The position numbers and the translations under genes were made by a program. A model generated the notes under the pieces. It searched no databases, was not told the DNA's origin, and worked only from the letters and a program-made list of their open reading frames with translations. Source: Chiloscyllium plagiosum (taxonomy: Eukaryota). From it: 64,000 nucleotides of DNA. Shown piece after piece: positions 52,951-64,000 of the stretch (the stretch's first letter is position 1; every line of letters starts with the position of its first letter). The stretch is taken from NCBI RefSeq assembly GCF_004010195.1, contig NC_057720.1, positions 28,399,772-28,463,771 of the forward strand, written 5' to 3'.

Positions 52951-53569
52951 AAATGATTGTAGGGCCTCGGGTAGGTCAAATTCTGAAGTTGTGAAGTCAG
53001 GGTGTTTCAGGAAATTGTGATTGAAAGTTGAGATTTCAGGCTGAATTACAGGTCTGATTTTGCAGTTAAGATGCCAACAACTTACCTGGTATGTTTACAG
53101 TGATTAACGCAGGAGTTTTTAAATCAGAATGATTCCTATGGATGAGTTCTCAACTGCAGTCAGGATCCTTCATTTTTCGAAAAATAAAGCCCATAGAGGT
53201 GACTGACTTCAGGCTTTTAGTTATTTCTCGTGGGATTAGATAGGGACTTACAGTCCATGGAAATTTCTTATTTGAACCATCTGGGGTTTCACCAATTAGA
53301 ACATAGGGCACCGGATTTGAGATTTATTAATACATTCCTCTCCTACGTAAAACATTGTAGCTTCCTGTGCCTGAGTAGAAAAGTGCCTCTTGAATCACAC
53401 TTACTTGGAGTTAGTTGATTTTAATTTGTTGACCCAATTGGATTGCATCGTGACCCAAATTAGTTTCACTGTGCTGAAGCAATGGCATGAAAAATGGTAT
53501 ACTCTGTCATTCTTTGTATTCTGACCAATCATCTGACCTGCAATTCCTCTTTATAGAGTTATCTGCTTT

Positions 53570-54480
53570 TTTCCTTAAGTTTGATGTTTTGCTTAATTTC
53601 TTTAATTAACCACAGATAGTAGATTCTCCCTTTAAAACCTTTCTTTATAGTCGGAATATGCTTATTCTCCGTGTTCCAAAATGTCTTCTGAAGTGTCTGC
53701 CACTAGCCCCAGCCTAGTATACCAGTTCACGTCAACTAGCTCAGTTTTCCTGCATGCAAAGTTATTTTCCTTATTTTACCTTGCTTAAAATTTGGACTTC
53801 TCTCTTTCAAATTAGTTGTAAAATTCAATCATGTTGTGGTCACTGTTACCTACTAATGAGTTTATTAGTATTGAGGTCATTAGTTAATTCTGTCCTATGA
53901 CACACAACCAAGTCTAATATAACCGACTGGTCAGTTCCAGAATGTGCTGCTCTGACAGACTATCTCCAAAGCATTCTGTTAACTCCTCATCCAGAAAACC
54001 ATTGCTAATCTGATTTTTTCCAGTTTATATAGATTAAACTCACCCAATGATTAGTATTGCTTCTTTTCACAAGCACCCAATATTTATTCTTGTATACTTT
54101 GTCCCACATTGTTATTACTGTTAGGGGCCTGCAGAACACTTCCACTAGCAACTTATTTCATTTACTACTACTCATCCATAGTCAAATAGATTCTACATCC
54201 TGATTTTCTGAACCAAGGTCATCTTTAACAATTGAATGAATGCTGTCCTTGATTAACAGTTCACTCCTGCATCATTCCCTTGCTTACTATTTTTCTTGAC
54301 TGTCATCTGCCCCTCAGTATTCAGGACCCAATCTTTGTCATCCTGAAGATATGTATTGCTAATGGCTATCAGATCATTTTGATTTATTTCAATGTGTGTT
54401 CCAGTTTTTCTCCTTTATGAATCCTATGCACATTCAGATAGTCTTTTGTTTTGTCTTGTTTTTAATCTTTATAAAATCTA
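53570..54480 (-). mobile_element. Old CR1 endonuclease-region fragment
   Basis: aaattcaatcatgttgtggtcactg is the reverse complement of the SDHNMIEF motif. Confidence 0.65.
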
Positions 54481-54771
54481 ATCTTGACTGTTAATGTATT
54501 CATGGGTTTTCTTTCTCTCTGCCCTTCCCTGCCATTCTCTGACTCCCATTTTTTATATTACTATTTTCATCGCTTACCTTGTGTCTACTATTTTGATATA
54601 TCACATCTTGCACATCTTTTCAGTGTTCTTTGTATCAGCCTGCTAAAAGTTTTTCTTTGCTTTGATGGGTTAACAGAGCATGTAATATATTTCCATGGGG
54701 TTTCTTTGGCTTAATATTCTCAACCAGTTGAAATGTTCCTTACTCTCCAGTTGTATAGCAGTACGGTAAAT

Positions 54772-55015
54772 GCAAAGGCAAAATATGGTGAATGCTGGAA
54801 ATCTGAAACAAAAACAGAAAATGATAGAAATTCTCAAATGGTCAAGCAGCGTTTATGGGGAGGGAGGGAGAGAGAGAGAGAGAAAAACAGTTAATGACCG
54901 TGACCTTTTGTCAGTTCTGATGAAAGGCTCTTGAAATTGAAACAATTGCTCTTTTTCTGTCCACAAATGCAACCTGACCTGCTAAATATTCATATTTCTA
55001 GTATTTTTACTTTTT
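54772..55015. mobile_element. Old palindromic PLE remnant (family B-like) with a GA microsatellite
   Basis: atgctggaaatctgaaacaaaaacagaaa end. Plus-strand ctgatgaaagg...gaaac HHR remnant. Confidence 0.55.
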
Positions 55016-55717
55016 ATTCTTTATGGAGAATTTCTCTTCACTCTCGGTTGTTAACATTTTCCCCGATATTGCTGGGTAGATTTTCTGAATGTGAAAGCAG
55101 ATGTATGTTTCTGATAATGCCTTACATATTGTGGTGTTTTAACTTGAATGAAAGAATGGTTTAAGAATGGATAACTTCATACACTGCATATTCTTTTGAC
55201 CGGAGCCTCTACTGGAAATCAGCATAATTCATGGGTTTGACTTCCCATTGGGTGGAGATCACTTTGAAGCAGGCTGCAGAGACAGCTAATAAGACTCAAG
55301 TTGCTAATAGGGGCTTGATTCCGGTTGAAGAGGGAGATCTGATCCCAGAAGAAGGGGATTGATCCATAATCAGAGAAGGGGGTTGATGCAGGGTCCAGCA
55401 GGGTAATCTAATTGCAGGAGCACAAGTAAGCTTGGTGCTGGAGAAGTTCTAATACTTTGTCTGGTCTACGGCAGAGCTAGGAGGGCACATTCCTTATCCT
55501 AAAACCAATCTCAGTTTGAGTTGTTGGTTTTCCCAAGTCATAGAAAACACTACTACAAGGGTTAAATCTGTAAGGGAAGTTGAATGTAAAACTTCAAGCC
55601 TCCTTAGAATATTTAAATTACCAACTCACTTCTTTAGAATGAGTTGATTTTCCCATACCTGTCTCAGTCTCTTAAACCTGGAAGTGAACAGGTTAGGTTT
55701 GAGATTTTAAAAGATCA

Positions 55718-55924
55718 TGATGTGAAGGTGTCGTTGATAGACTGGGGTGGACAAGGTTAAAAATCACACAACACCAGGTTATGGTCGAACAGGTTTATTT
55801 GGAGTACACGCTTTCAGAATGCTGCTCCTTTATCAGGTAGCTAGTGATAAAGGAACAGTGTTCCAAATGCTTGTACTACCAAATAGACCTGTTGGACTCA
55901 ACCTGGTGTTGTGTGATTTTTAAC
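55718..55924. mobile_element. Palindromic PLE mini-element (family C) with 12-bp TSD
   Basis: TSD tttaaaagatca at 55706-55717 and 55925-55936. Arms gttaaaaatcacacaacaccaggtt and aacctggtgttgtgtgatttttaac. Confidence 0.87.
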
Positions 55925-56839
55925 TTTAAAAGATCAAGACATCTCATTTGGAGCCCAGCCATCTGTTTCTTGAAATTAAAATTTCCTTATCTCCACTTGT
56001 ACACTTCTTTTTTGCATATGGAACTTGCTTTTCTTGATCCATCTCTTTGATCCATCTCTTGATCCATCATTCAAAGTCATTGAGGTATCACAGAACAAGG
56101 CTGATTCTGTAGCTGAAACCAGCGTAAGACTATAAGTAAAAGCAGTCCCAGGCTGTGAACAGGTTCCATTCCTGAGTCCATTCATAATTTATATGCAAGT
56201 CAGAGCACAATGCAGACAATATAAAACAGCCATTCTAAGTTCAGGGTATGTTCATATGTTGGACATTTAAAGTTACGCTCCTGTAAGTGATCACGTTCGT
56301 AAGTATGAACATTTATAGTTAAGACAATCATAAATCAAGGACTCACTAGACTTGCAAATTCAAAGTATTCAACTAATATTTTTATGTTTCTTCCAATCTT
56401 CATGTTTCCCAGTCAACAATTTGAGTGATAATTGTATCTTGCATTGGGTTGGCCAGAAAAGTGGGATTCCTTTGGTTTGGCTTATTTGGTTTGAAAATGA
56501 CATGTCTTGTGATGAAAGATTGGATTATCGGTTATCTAATTCAGATTTGATAGTCCACCAGGCATATACACCAGCTTTTAGGATACCTTTGGTTGTCCAG
56601 CCATCTTGGCTGATTGGTGGCATCTGGAATTGAGGAACAGTTTTTCCCTAAGGATTCTTTCCATTTTGCTTATCATGGCTTAGCAGATCCATGCCCTAAT
56701 TATCATGCAAACAAGCTGGCAATAGAAAGCCTTTAATATTAAACTTCAGCAGAATACTCCTCCACAGTCTGTATTTTCTTCCAGGAAAACAGAATCTCTC
56801 CTTTATGGATTTCTTAATGGCTTGGTTTGGTACCATGAG

Positions 56840-57420
56840 CAACATCCTTCAAACACGACAACAATTTCCATCTTTAACATCATCACTGTCGGAGCTGCTC
56901 TGCTGCTGAAGCTCACATGCTGCCTTTGTTCCTTTTATTCTAGTGCACTGTAATATGGCCTGCACTCTTCGATAAACTTGAGACCATTTGAAACTCTACT
57001 GCTGACAATCTAACACACAGCAAGTCCTGTTTCACCATCACTCCTAACCTACATTGATTCCTTACCCAGCAACTTCGCAATTTTGAAATTCTCATTATTT
57101 TCAGATTCCTCATGTTCTGATCTGTGTAACGGCATCACAATCTAGCAATATTGCGCTCTTCCAATTCTAAACTCTTGCAGTCTCACAGATGGCCATGTCT
57201 TCCAGGCGCACTGCTCAGGAATTTCCTGCCTAAACCTTTCCCCATCTTTCTGCCATCCTTTCAAACTCCCCTTAAAACTTTGTTGATCAAGCTTGTAGTT
57301 GTCTCCCATTATAGTTACTTATGTGACTTGGTGTCAAATTTTATTTGATAATTGCTCCTATGAAGCACTATGTGACTAACCTGTTACTGCTAAAGGTGCT
57401 ATATAAATGTAAGTTGTTTT
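56840..57420 (+). mobile_element. Old L2-type LINE 3' end
   Basis: accatcactcct...acattgattcc core and aaaggtgctatataaatgtaagttg tail. Confidence 0.6.
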
Positions 57421-57574
57421 GGATTATCATGCAAGTCAAACAATTGCTAGAAATATAGTGGCATTTGAAGATTAGGGAAGAGCATAGCATAAATAGCTAA
57501 TTTTAAAATATTTAAAATTACTGGAAATCTGATACAAAGATGTAATGATTGCAAATTGTGCAATTTTTCAAAAA

Positions 57575-58856
57575 TTTGTTCATGAGATATGAGCATTACT
57601 GACTAGGCCAGCATTTGTTGCTCACTCCTTATTGCCCTTTAATTGAGTGGCTTGATGGGCAGTTTAAAAATCTTCACATTGCTGTGAGTCCAGCGTCACA
57701 TTGGCCAAAACAGTTGAGAACAGCAGATTTCCTTCCCTAAAGAAGATTAGTCAACCACATGGGTTTTTACAACAATTTACATTGGTTATATGGTCATCAT
57801 TGGACTCGCTTTTATTTACAGATTTTTAAACATTTACTTTAAACTTCACTATCTCTGATGGTGGGATTCGAACCCCTGTCCCTCGAACGTTATTGAGGGA
57901 CTCTGGATTGTTAAACATAAAACCAAACAACTGAAAATATGAAATAAAAACCAAAATTGCTGGAGAAACTCAGCAGATCTGGCAGCACCTGTGAAGAGCC
58001 CAATGACCTTTCTTCAGTACTGATTGTAGCTGGGAAAATGTTAGTTTATATGCTGAAGGTAGGTTGAGGGTAGGAGAGGAGTATACAACAGGTGGTCAGA
58101 TAGAGAGAAACCGAGAACGGAATGGGTAAAGGTCAGCCTGGCAAAATCAAAAGCTGCTAATGGGGACCATTAGTAGCTGATAATGGATTAGGTGTGGTAG
58201 CAGCCCATGTGATGACAAGGCCTGGTGTGTGTGGGTTTGGGTAGGGACATGGAAGAAAGTGCTCAGGCACTGAATTCTTAAGTGTGATATTGAGTCCTGA
58301 AGACTGCAAGGTCCTCAAGAACTGCTCCAAACTCAAGACTACGGAACACAGTGGTTTGTTAAAGTGACAGTCAACCAAAAGCTGAGAGAACTTGGAAGAA
58401 CCGAATCTCTTTTTCTGCTTAGGGACTGTGCAGCCTTCAGGACTCAATATCAAGATCAGTCATTTTCGGGTCTGAGCACCTTCTTCTATGCCCTTAACCC
58501 TATCTCCCCACATACCTGGTCATCACAGGGGCTGCTACCCCAACCAACCCACTTTCAGCTATTAATGGTCCCGATTAGCAGCCATTGATTTTCCCAGGCT
58601 GACTGTTACCCTCTCCTTTGTCTATTCCTCTGCATAGTCTCTATGTCCACCTATTGTTTACTCCATCTCCCACAGTATCTTCAGCATGTATACCAATCTT
58701 CTTTCCAGCTACAATCAGTTCTGAAGAAGGGACACTGGACCTGAAGCATTAACTTTGACTTTTGTCCACAGATGCTGCCAGACCTGTTGAGTTTTTCCAG
58801 CAGTTTCTGGTTTTGACTCTGGATTACTAGGTTATTGACATTAGCATTGCACCACA
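57575..58856 (-). mobile_element. tRNA-derived SINE split by the PLE insertion at 57910-58814
   Basis: Minus-strand B box GGTTCGAATCCC near 57863-57874. The tRNA-like head continues at 58815-58856. Confidence 0.6.
57910..58814. mobile_element. About 900-bp palindromic PLE derivative (family B) with 11-bp TSD
   Basis: TSD gactctggatt at 57899-57909 and 58815-58825. Diverged arms about 57950-58310 and 58425-58814. HHR remnant gttctgaagaagggacactggacctgaagc near 58718. Confidence 0.85.
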
Positions 58857-59135
58857 GATTCTCTAAATTCTTCACTAATACTTGTTAGGTTAAATGTAAT
58901 TAAGTTCCTGCTAAATGTAACTCAAAGTATTTAATTTTAGAAGTCTGTTCATTGGCAGTCTAAAAAAAAATTAACTTTTTAAAGTCATTGAGTAAAGGAG
59001 CTTTAGGTTGAAGTTTTACTTTCATATTTATATGTTTATCAGAATGTCACCATAAGCAATAAGAAACATGTCAGAAATCTGTGTTAGCTCCCCTAAAATA
59101 TTAACTATTGATGTTTTCTGTTAATTTCATTTCAG

Positions 59136-59225
59136 TCATGGACTCATAATATTGGAAAAGAGAAAGAATTCCTTAGGAAATTGGTGAAAGGGCAAGTGAT
59201 TACAGATTTGACAGCTGGGATTTGA
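59136..59225 (+). CDS. ST3GAL3: ST3GAL3 final coding exon (sialylmotif VS, stop codon)
   Basis: Acceptor catttcAG. Translates SWTHNIGKEKEFLRKLVKGQVITDLTAGI* with the HxxxxE VS motif. In frame with the previous exon. Confidence 0.96.
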   Translation, partial: SWTHNIGKEKEFLRKLVKGQVITDLTAGI

Positions 59226-61258
59226 TGCAGTTTTACTCCAGTCGCAAAATAAAATTGGAGAGAAGAAAAGCACAAAAGCGAATGAAGAGGAGGTGCTTGT
59301 GGACTCTGAAAACCTCAGAAGAGGAAACAGTTGTACCACACTACCAGAAGACTGCACATCTCTGAATAAAAGAATTCATTTGTCATCTTGCATCAACTTT
59401 ATATTGAAGGGGGATTTTTGTGCAGTTACACTTCATTGCTCAGCTTTAGTGTGCAATGAGAAAAGAAAGACACTAATAGACGTGCCATAATTACCTCTGG
59501 AGAAAGAAGTGCAACAGGATTGTTGAGGTATTTCTCTTTTATAGCTTGAATGTAAAGACTTCCATGAGCTGTGTGAACAAACAGTTTTACATTGTGTCTT
59601 CTTTTAGTTTATTATTTCCTCTTTCTATCCTGAAATTCATGAGACTGGCTGTTCCGTCCCAGACTTGTCCATTGTTGCTGCTATTCCTTTTTGGGATAGA
59701 GGATTTTTTTTTAAACAAATTGTTCTTCAAGATAAAATTTATCCATACAGAACAGAAGCTGTGATAGAGGTTAAGTATGGTCAACCTCTTTTGATTTTAA
59801 GAGCAGAAAATCCTGTATTACTAGAAATATTTTGCTGTGTCAGATGCTGGCAAGTGCTGCTCTCACTAGTGTGTGCAATGATCAGAAGAAAGTGCTCTTT
59901 CGAATGGCTTTAGTAACTGGAACTCAAACTTGAAACGTAATTAAACTTTCGTCAAGTGTGCATACTTCTAAGTTCGGATAACTGCTTAAAAAGCATTTTT
60001 TAATATCAATGCAAGTATCATGTCAGAACAAAGGACAATTCATGCAGAGAACAGTTTCATGTGCTTGTATTGTGCCACAGTATTATTGATTTGAATTGCA
60101 GTGTTTCTGGCTCATGCCATGCCATGGTACAGTCCCAGCTGTCATGACTTTTGAAGAACATTTCTCAGCTGAATCCACATTTCTTACAGGACTAGCAAGT
60201 AAACTACACGAGGTGGCGTTATCTCCCTGCTATTCAACAAACTTTGGCCAGGTGTTACCTTCACCTCTTTCTTTTTGGCAGAATGTGACGATTTTTAATA
60301 TTCCAGTAGTACTTAGTAACAATGTTTCTTTTAAATGTTTTTTTTTCTGTATTGTTCATACAGTGAATCTTATTGGTGCAGAATAGATAGCTCTGAGAAA
60401 CTGAAAAAGAACATTCATTGTTTGTTCTGATACAGTACTAATATAACCTGTTTTAGAACTGTCCTGTTAAATACATTAGAGGTTCATGTTGCCAGCTCAT
60501 CTATTTGAAATGCCAGGTTTGATATGTAATTGATATGCCCTCACTGGGGATTCGAGTGGAAAGTAACTTGGATTGTTTAGAAAAACACTTTCCCTCCAGC
60601 CACTTATACGTATATTTCTTCTTTCAATTTCCATTTGTCTCCTTTTTTCCTTTCACTATCAGTTACATATGATGCATCATCTCTTAACTGGACAGGTCTC
60701 AAACACACAATTGCCCCCAACCTTCTGTAATAACATATAACAAATTATCAGAGAGGACATGGTTTAACGTCTATTAATGCATAAATATCAAGTTTCCATA
60801 TTAAGTGTGTCAACCAGATTTTGGAATTTGTCAGCCCTGAAATTTTAATTCAGGAAAAAATTCTACTTAATCCCATTCTTAAATATAATGGAGGAAAATA
60901 TTTGCAGATTTCAGTGCAGCCAATTAAGTTAGTTTCAAAGGTTATTTATTTGATCAAACTAGAAGTAAGACAATAATTGAAAAGATGGCTGAATCCATTA
61001 GTATTACTCAGTGCTCAGGCAAATAGTAGATATAATATCTTCCATTGCTACTCATTGCCACTAGAGTTTTGAGGCATTTGGAAATTTCTCAACAAATCCA
61101 GGCCCTTCTACCAACTTCAAGATGCCTTTTCAAATATGATTGAATCTCTAATTGTAACAACTCTGGAAAAGAAATCTAATGTAACAATTATAAAAGGTGT
61201 AACCTCTCTGCCTTAATAGATAATGTGAGATCTGAAATGGAAGCACCAGGGCAATAAA
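59226..61258 (+). other. ST3GAL3: Probable ST3GAL3 3'UTR (end uncertain)
   Basis: Follows the stop codon. No recognisable repeats until about 61657. AATAAA at 59248, 59365 and 61253. Confidence 0.45.
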
Positions 61259-61656
61259 CTTCTCATGGACTCAGTATTTCAAAACCAGCAGAGCCATTTG
61301 GCCCTGATTTGTTAAGTGTGTTCTGAATAATGAGAAAAATAATTTTGCAATTTCGTTTTTTTCACTAAGATTTGAATCATGTTTCCAGATTAGTTATTCC
61401 GAATATCATTTGCTGCATATTACGTTGTTCTGGTTGAGTTATTTTTTTCTCAATTCCTGGGGGATCTATACTGCCCAATTATTTGTTGCCAGCAAGCTTC
61501 ATCAATTCATAGAAATCTCCAAATTTGAAAGAACTACTGGTAACTGACCAAAGGTCAGCTGAAACTGGACAGCATTCTGTTTATGTGACCGGTTTTCTCC
61601 TGGGTTTCACTATAACTCTTCATGAGTCCAAACTTAGTGACAAACTCTAATGAAGG

Positions 61657-62004
61657 GGGTAGACGGTGGCTCAGTGGTTAGCACTGCTGCCTCACAGAGC
61701 CAGGGACCCGAGTTCGATTCCTGCCTCGGGCGACTGTACGGAGTTTGCACAATCTCCCCGTGCCTGCGTGGGTTTCCTCCGGGTGCTCCGGTTTCCTCCG
61801 GGTGCTCCAGTTTCCTCCCACAATCCAAAGATGTGCAGGTCAGGTGAATTGGCCATGCTAAATTGCCCTTCGTTTGGTGCATTAGTCAGAGGTAAATATA
61901 GGCTAGGGGAATAGGTCTGGGTGGGTTACTCTTCGGAGGGTCACTGTGGACCTGTTGGGCTGAAGGGCCTGTTTCCATACTGTAGGGAATCTCATCAAAT
62001 CAAA
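61657..62004 (+). mobile_element. HE1-like V-SINE with a small internal tandem duplication
   Basis: ggtggctcagtggttagcactgctgcctcacag head. ggtttcctccgggtgctcc occurs twice. Confidence 0.9.
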
Positions 62005-62394
62005 GTGAGGATAAAGTAAAGCAATATATTATTAACTTATGTGCTCAAAATATTAACAGGACTAAATGTGAGAACAGAATCAGCTAAAAATCATAATTAT
62101 ATGTTGATACTATTTTTATGTTTCAAAACTATCATGACTTTTAGCTTCTGCAGTTGAGACTAATGGAGAATTGAAATAGCTTTAATATTCATTTATGCCT
62201 TTCAAAGGACCCTGCTGACAGTTAAACCTAGACTCTACGGGCTTGACCATTACAGAATTATTTTAAAAGAGTACTCAAACTGTTAATACTGTCAGGATAA
62301 GATGTTATTGGCATTGAAGGTGAACTGTTACAGATTTACTTGACCAGTGTTTATATAAAGTCCCCTTAGCCTCAGTTCCATTATTGTTTCAGGT

Positions 62395-62590
62395 CTGGGG
62401 GTCAGTTAGCTCAGTTGACTGGATGGCTGGCCTGTGATGTAGAGTGATGCCAACAGTGTGGCTTCACGCACTGGCTGAGGTTACCATGAAGGATTCTCCT
62501 CTTAACCTCTCCTGTTGCCTGATGCATGGTAATCCTTGGGTTAAACCATCAATAGTCATCTCTCTCTAATGAGAGCATAGCCCTATGCAG
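62395..62590 (+). mobile_element. tRNA-derived SINE
   Basis: ggtcagttagctcagttg A-box-like head. Confidence 0.55.
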
Positions 62591-62845
62591 CGAGTTCATC
62601 TTTGCTTCAGGTATAAATGTGGTTTTGCTGGTATCAAACTGCAGGTAATTGGTCATACTCCATATGTTCTAGGAGGAAATGCCCAGATATTCAGGCAGTG
62701 TACTGTGAAAACCTGGCTCAATTTCCATACACTATGTCTCTTACTTATAGAACTAGCATGAGTGATGACAACCAGCCTTTTCAAATTTGTCATTCCATAT
62801 TCTCTTTGCATTGGTGTCAATTGATACAATGTCACATCAATTAAA

Positions 62846-63492
62846 TCATAAAAAATAGGAGCAGCAATAGGCCATCAGCCCATCAAGCCTGGTTCACCAT
62901 TCAGTAAGATCATAGCTGATCTGCTTTCTTGCCTTAACTCCATTTTTCTGTCTATTCCCCATAACCTTTGACTCTCTTATCAATCAAAATCTGTTCAACT
63001 CAGCCTGGAATATATTCAATGACCCAGGCTCCATTGCTGTGCAAAGAAAATTCCAACAACTAACAATCATCTGAGAGAAGGAATCTTGCTCATCTCCCCT
63101 TATCTTGAGACTCTGCTCCCTTGTCCTAAATGTCCCTACAAGAGGACATATACTGCCAGTATCTACCCTGTCAAGCTCCCTCAGGTTCTTTTTTTTAAAT
63201 TCCAATGAGTGTAGGCCCAACTCCATCAATCCAACAATCAGCCGAGTGAATCTCCTCTGAACTGCTTCCAGTACATGTATATCCCTACTTAAGTAAAAGA
63301 CTGTGTATTCCGGATGTGGTTTCACCAGTGATCTATATGGTTGAAGCAAGACTTCTCTATTTTTATACTTGTCCTTCTTGGTACAAATGCCAATATTCTA
63401 TTTACCTGCCTATTCATGTTCAAGGATACCCAGATCCCTATGTACTATAATATTCTGCTTTCACTCTTGATTTAAATGGTATTCTGCTTCAT
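62846..63492 (-). mobile_element. CR1 3' part
   Basis: ORF YRSLVKPHPEY...LEAVQRRFTRLI. Confidence 0.85.
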
Positions 63493-63520
63493 TGGCAATA
63501 CAGGACACCAGGTGTCATTC

Positions 63521-63656
63521 AACGTTTGTGAGAAGATTTGTAGCTCAGGTGCTCGTTGTTGTGGTTGTGTTCGCCAAGCTGGGAATTTGTGTTGCAGACA
63601 TTTCGTCCCCTGTCTAGGTGACAGGAGGCTCCCAAGCACTGAGGATGTCACCTAGA
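63521..63656. mobile_element. Palindromic PLE-like mini-element (family D) with 12-bp TSD
   Basis: TSD caggtgtcattc at 63509-63520 and 63657-63668. Inverted cctgtctaggtgaca and tgtcacctagacagg. Confidence 0.75.
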
Positions 63657-63678
63657 CAGGTGTCATTCTTACATCATA

Positions 63679-63778
63679 CTTCTGAGGGAAGGGTCACTCG
63701 ATCCGGAACATTAACTCCGATTTCTCTCCACAGATGCTGCCAGACCTGCTGAGTTTTCCAGCAATTTCTGTTTTTGCT
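63679..63778 (+). mobile_element. PLE family B terminal remnant
   Basis: Degenerate HHR tctgagggaagggtcactcgatccggaacattaac followed by cacagatgctgccagacctgctgag. Confidence 0.7.
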
Positions 63779-64000
63779 TACTTCATACTAGATTTATTTA
63801 CTGTCTGCACTATGACAAATTCTGCCAAATCATTATCTAGTGTCCTGTAAGTCGTCTTTATACTATTTTGAGTAAAACAAAACATGTATATAAAAAATTT
63901 GAGAACCACCCCTGAAGAGGCACAAAAGTTGCAATGAAAATATATTATTTTAAAATAACTTTGCTGGGGCTGATAATGAATTTCAGTCACTGCATCGAAC

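Noticed and set aside
56034..56068. Short tandem repeat (ttgatccatctct) about x3
   Set aside because: Ordinary slippage repeat with no spacers, so not CRISPR-like.

Overview
Repeat-rich vertebrate genomic DNA, most likely from a cartilaginous fish (shark), judged from HE1-like V-SINEs and the CR1 and Penelope families present. The window holds the last three coding exons of the sialyltransferase gene ST3GAL3 on the + strand (13019-13165, 35249-35395, 59136-59225), followed by a probable 3'UTR. The introns carry CR1 and L2 LINE fragments, tRNA-derived SINEs, a fossil Harbinger transposase and many Penelope-like elements (PLEs). The most striking pattern is that at least four PLE families have inserted as head-to-head palindromes, each bounded by an 11-16 bp target-site duplication (TSD) and carrying minimal hammerhead-ribozyme (HHR) motifs. 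One of these is a 3.2-kb RT + GIY-YIG copy. The exon at 13019 is bracketed by a 199-bp direct repeat and by a 334-bp apparently perfect inverted CR1 pair. Repeat boundaries were read by eye and are approximate unless a TSD is given.
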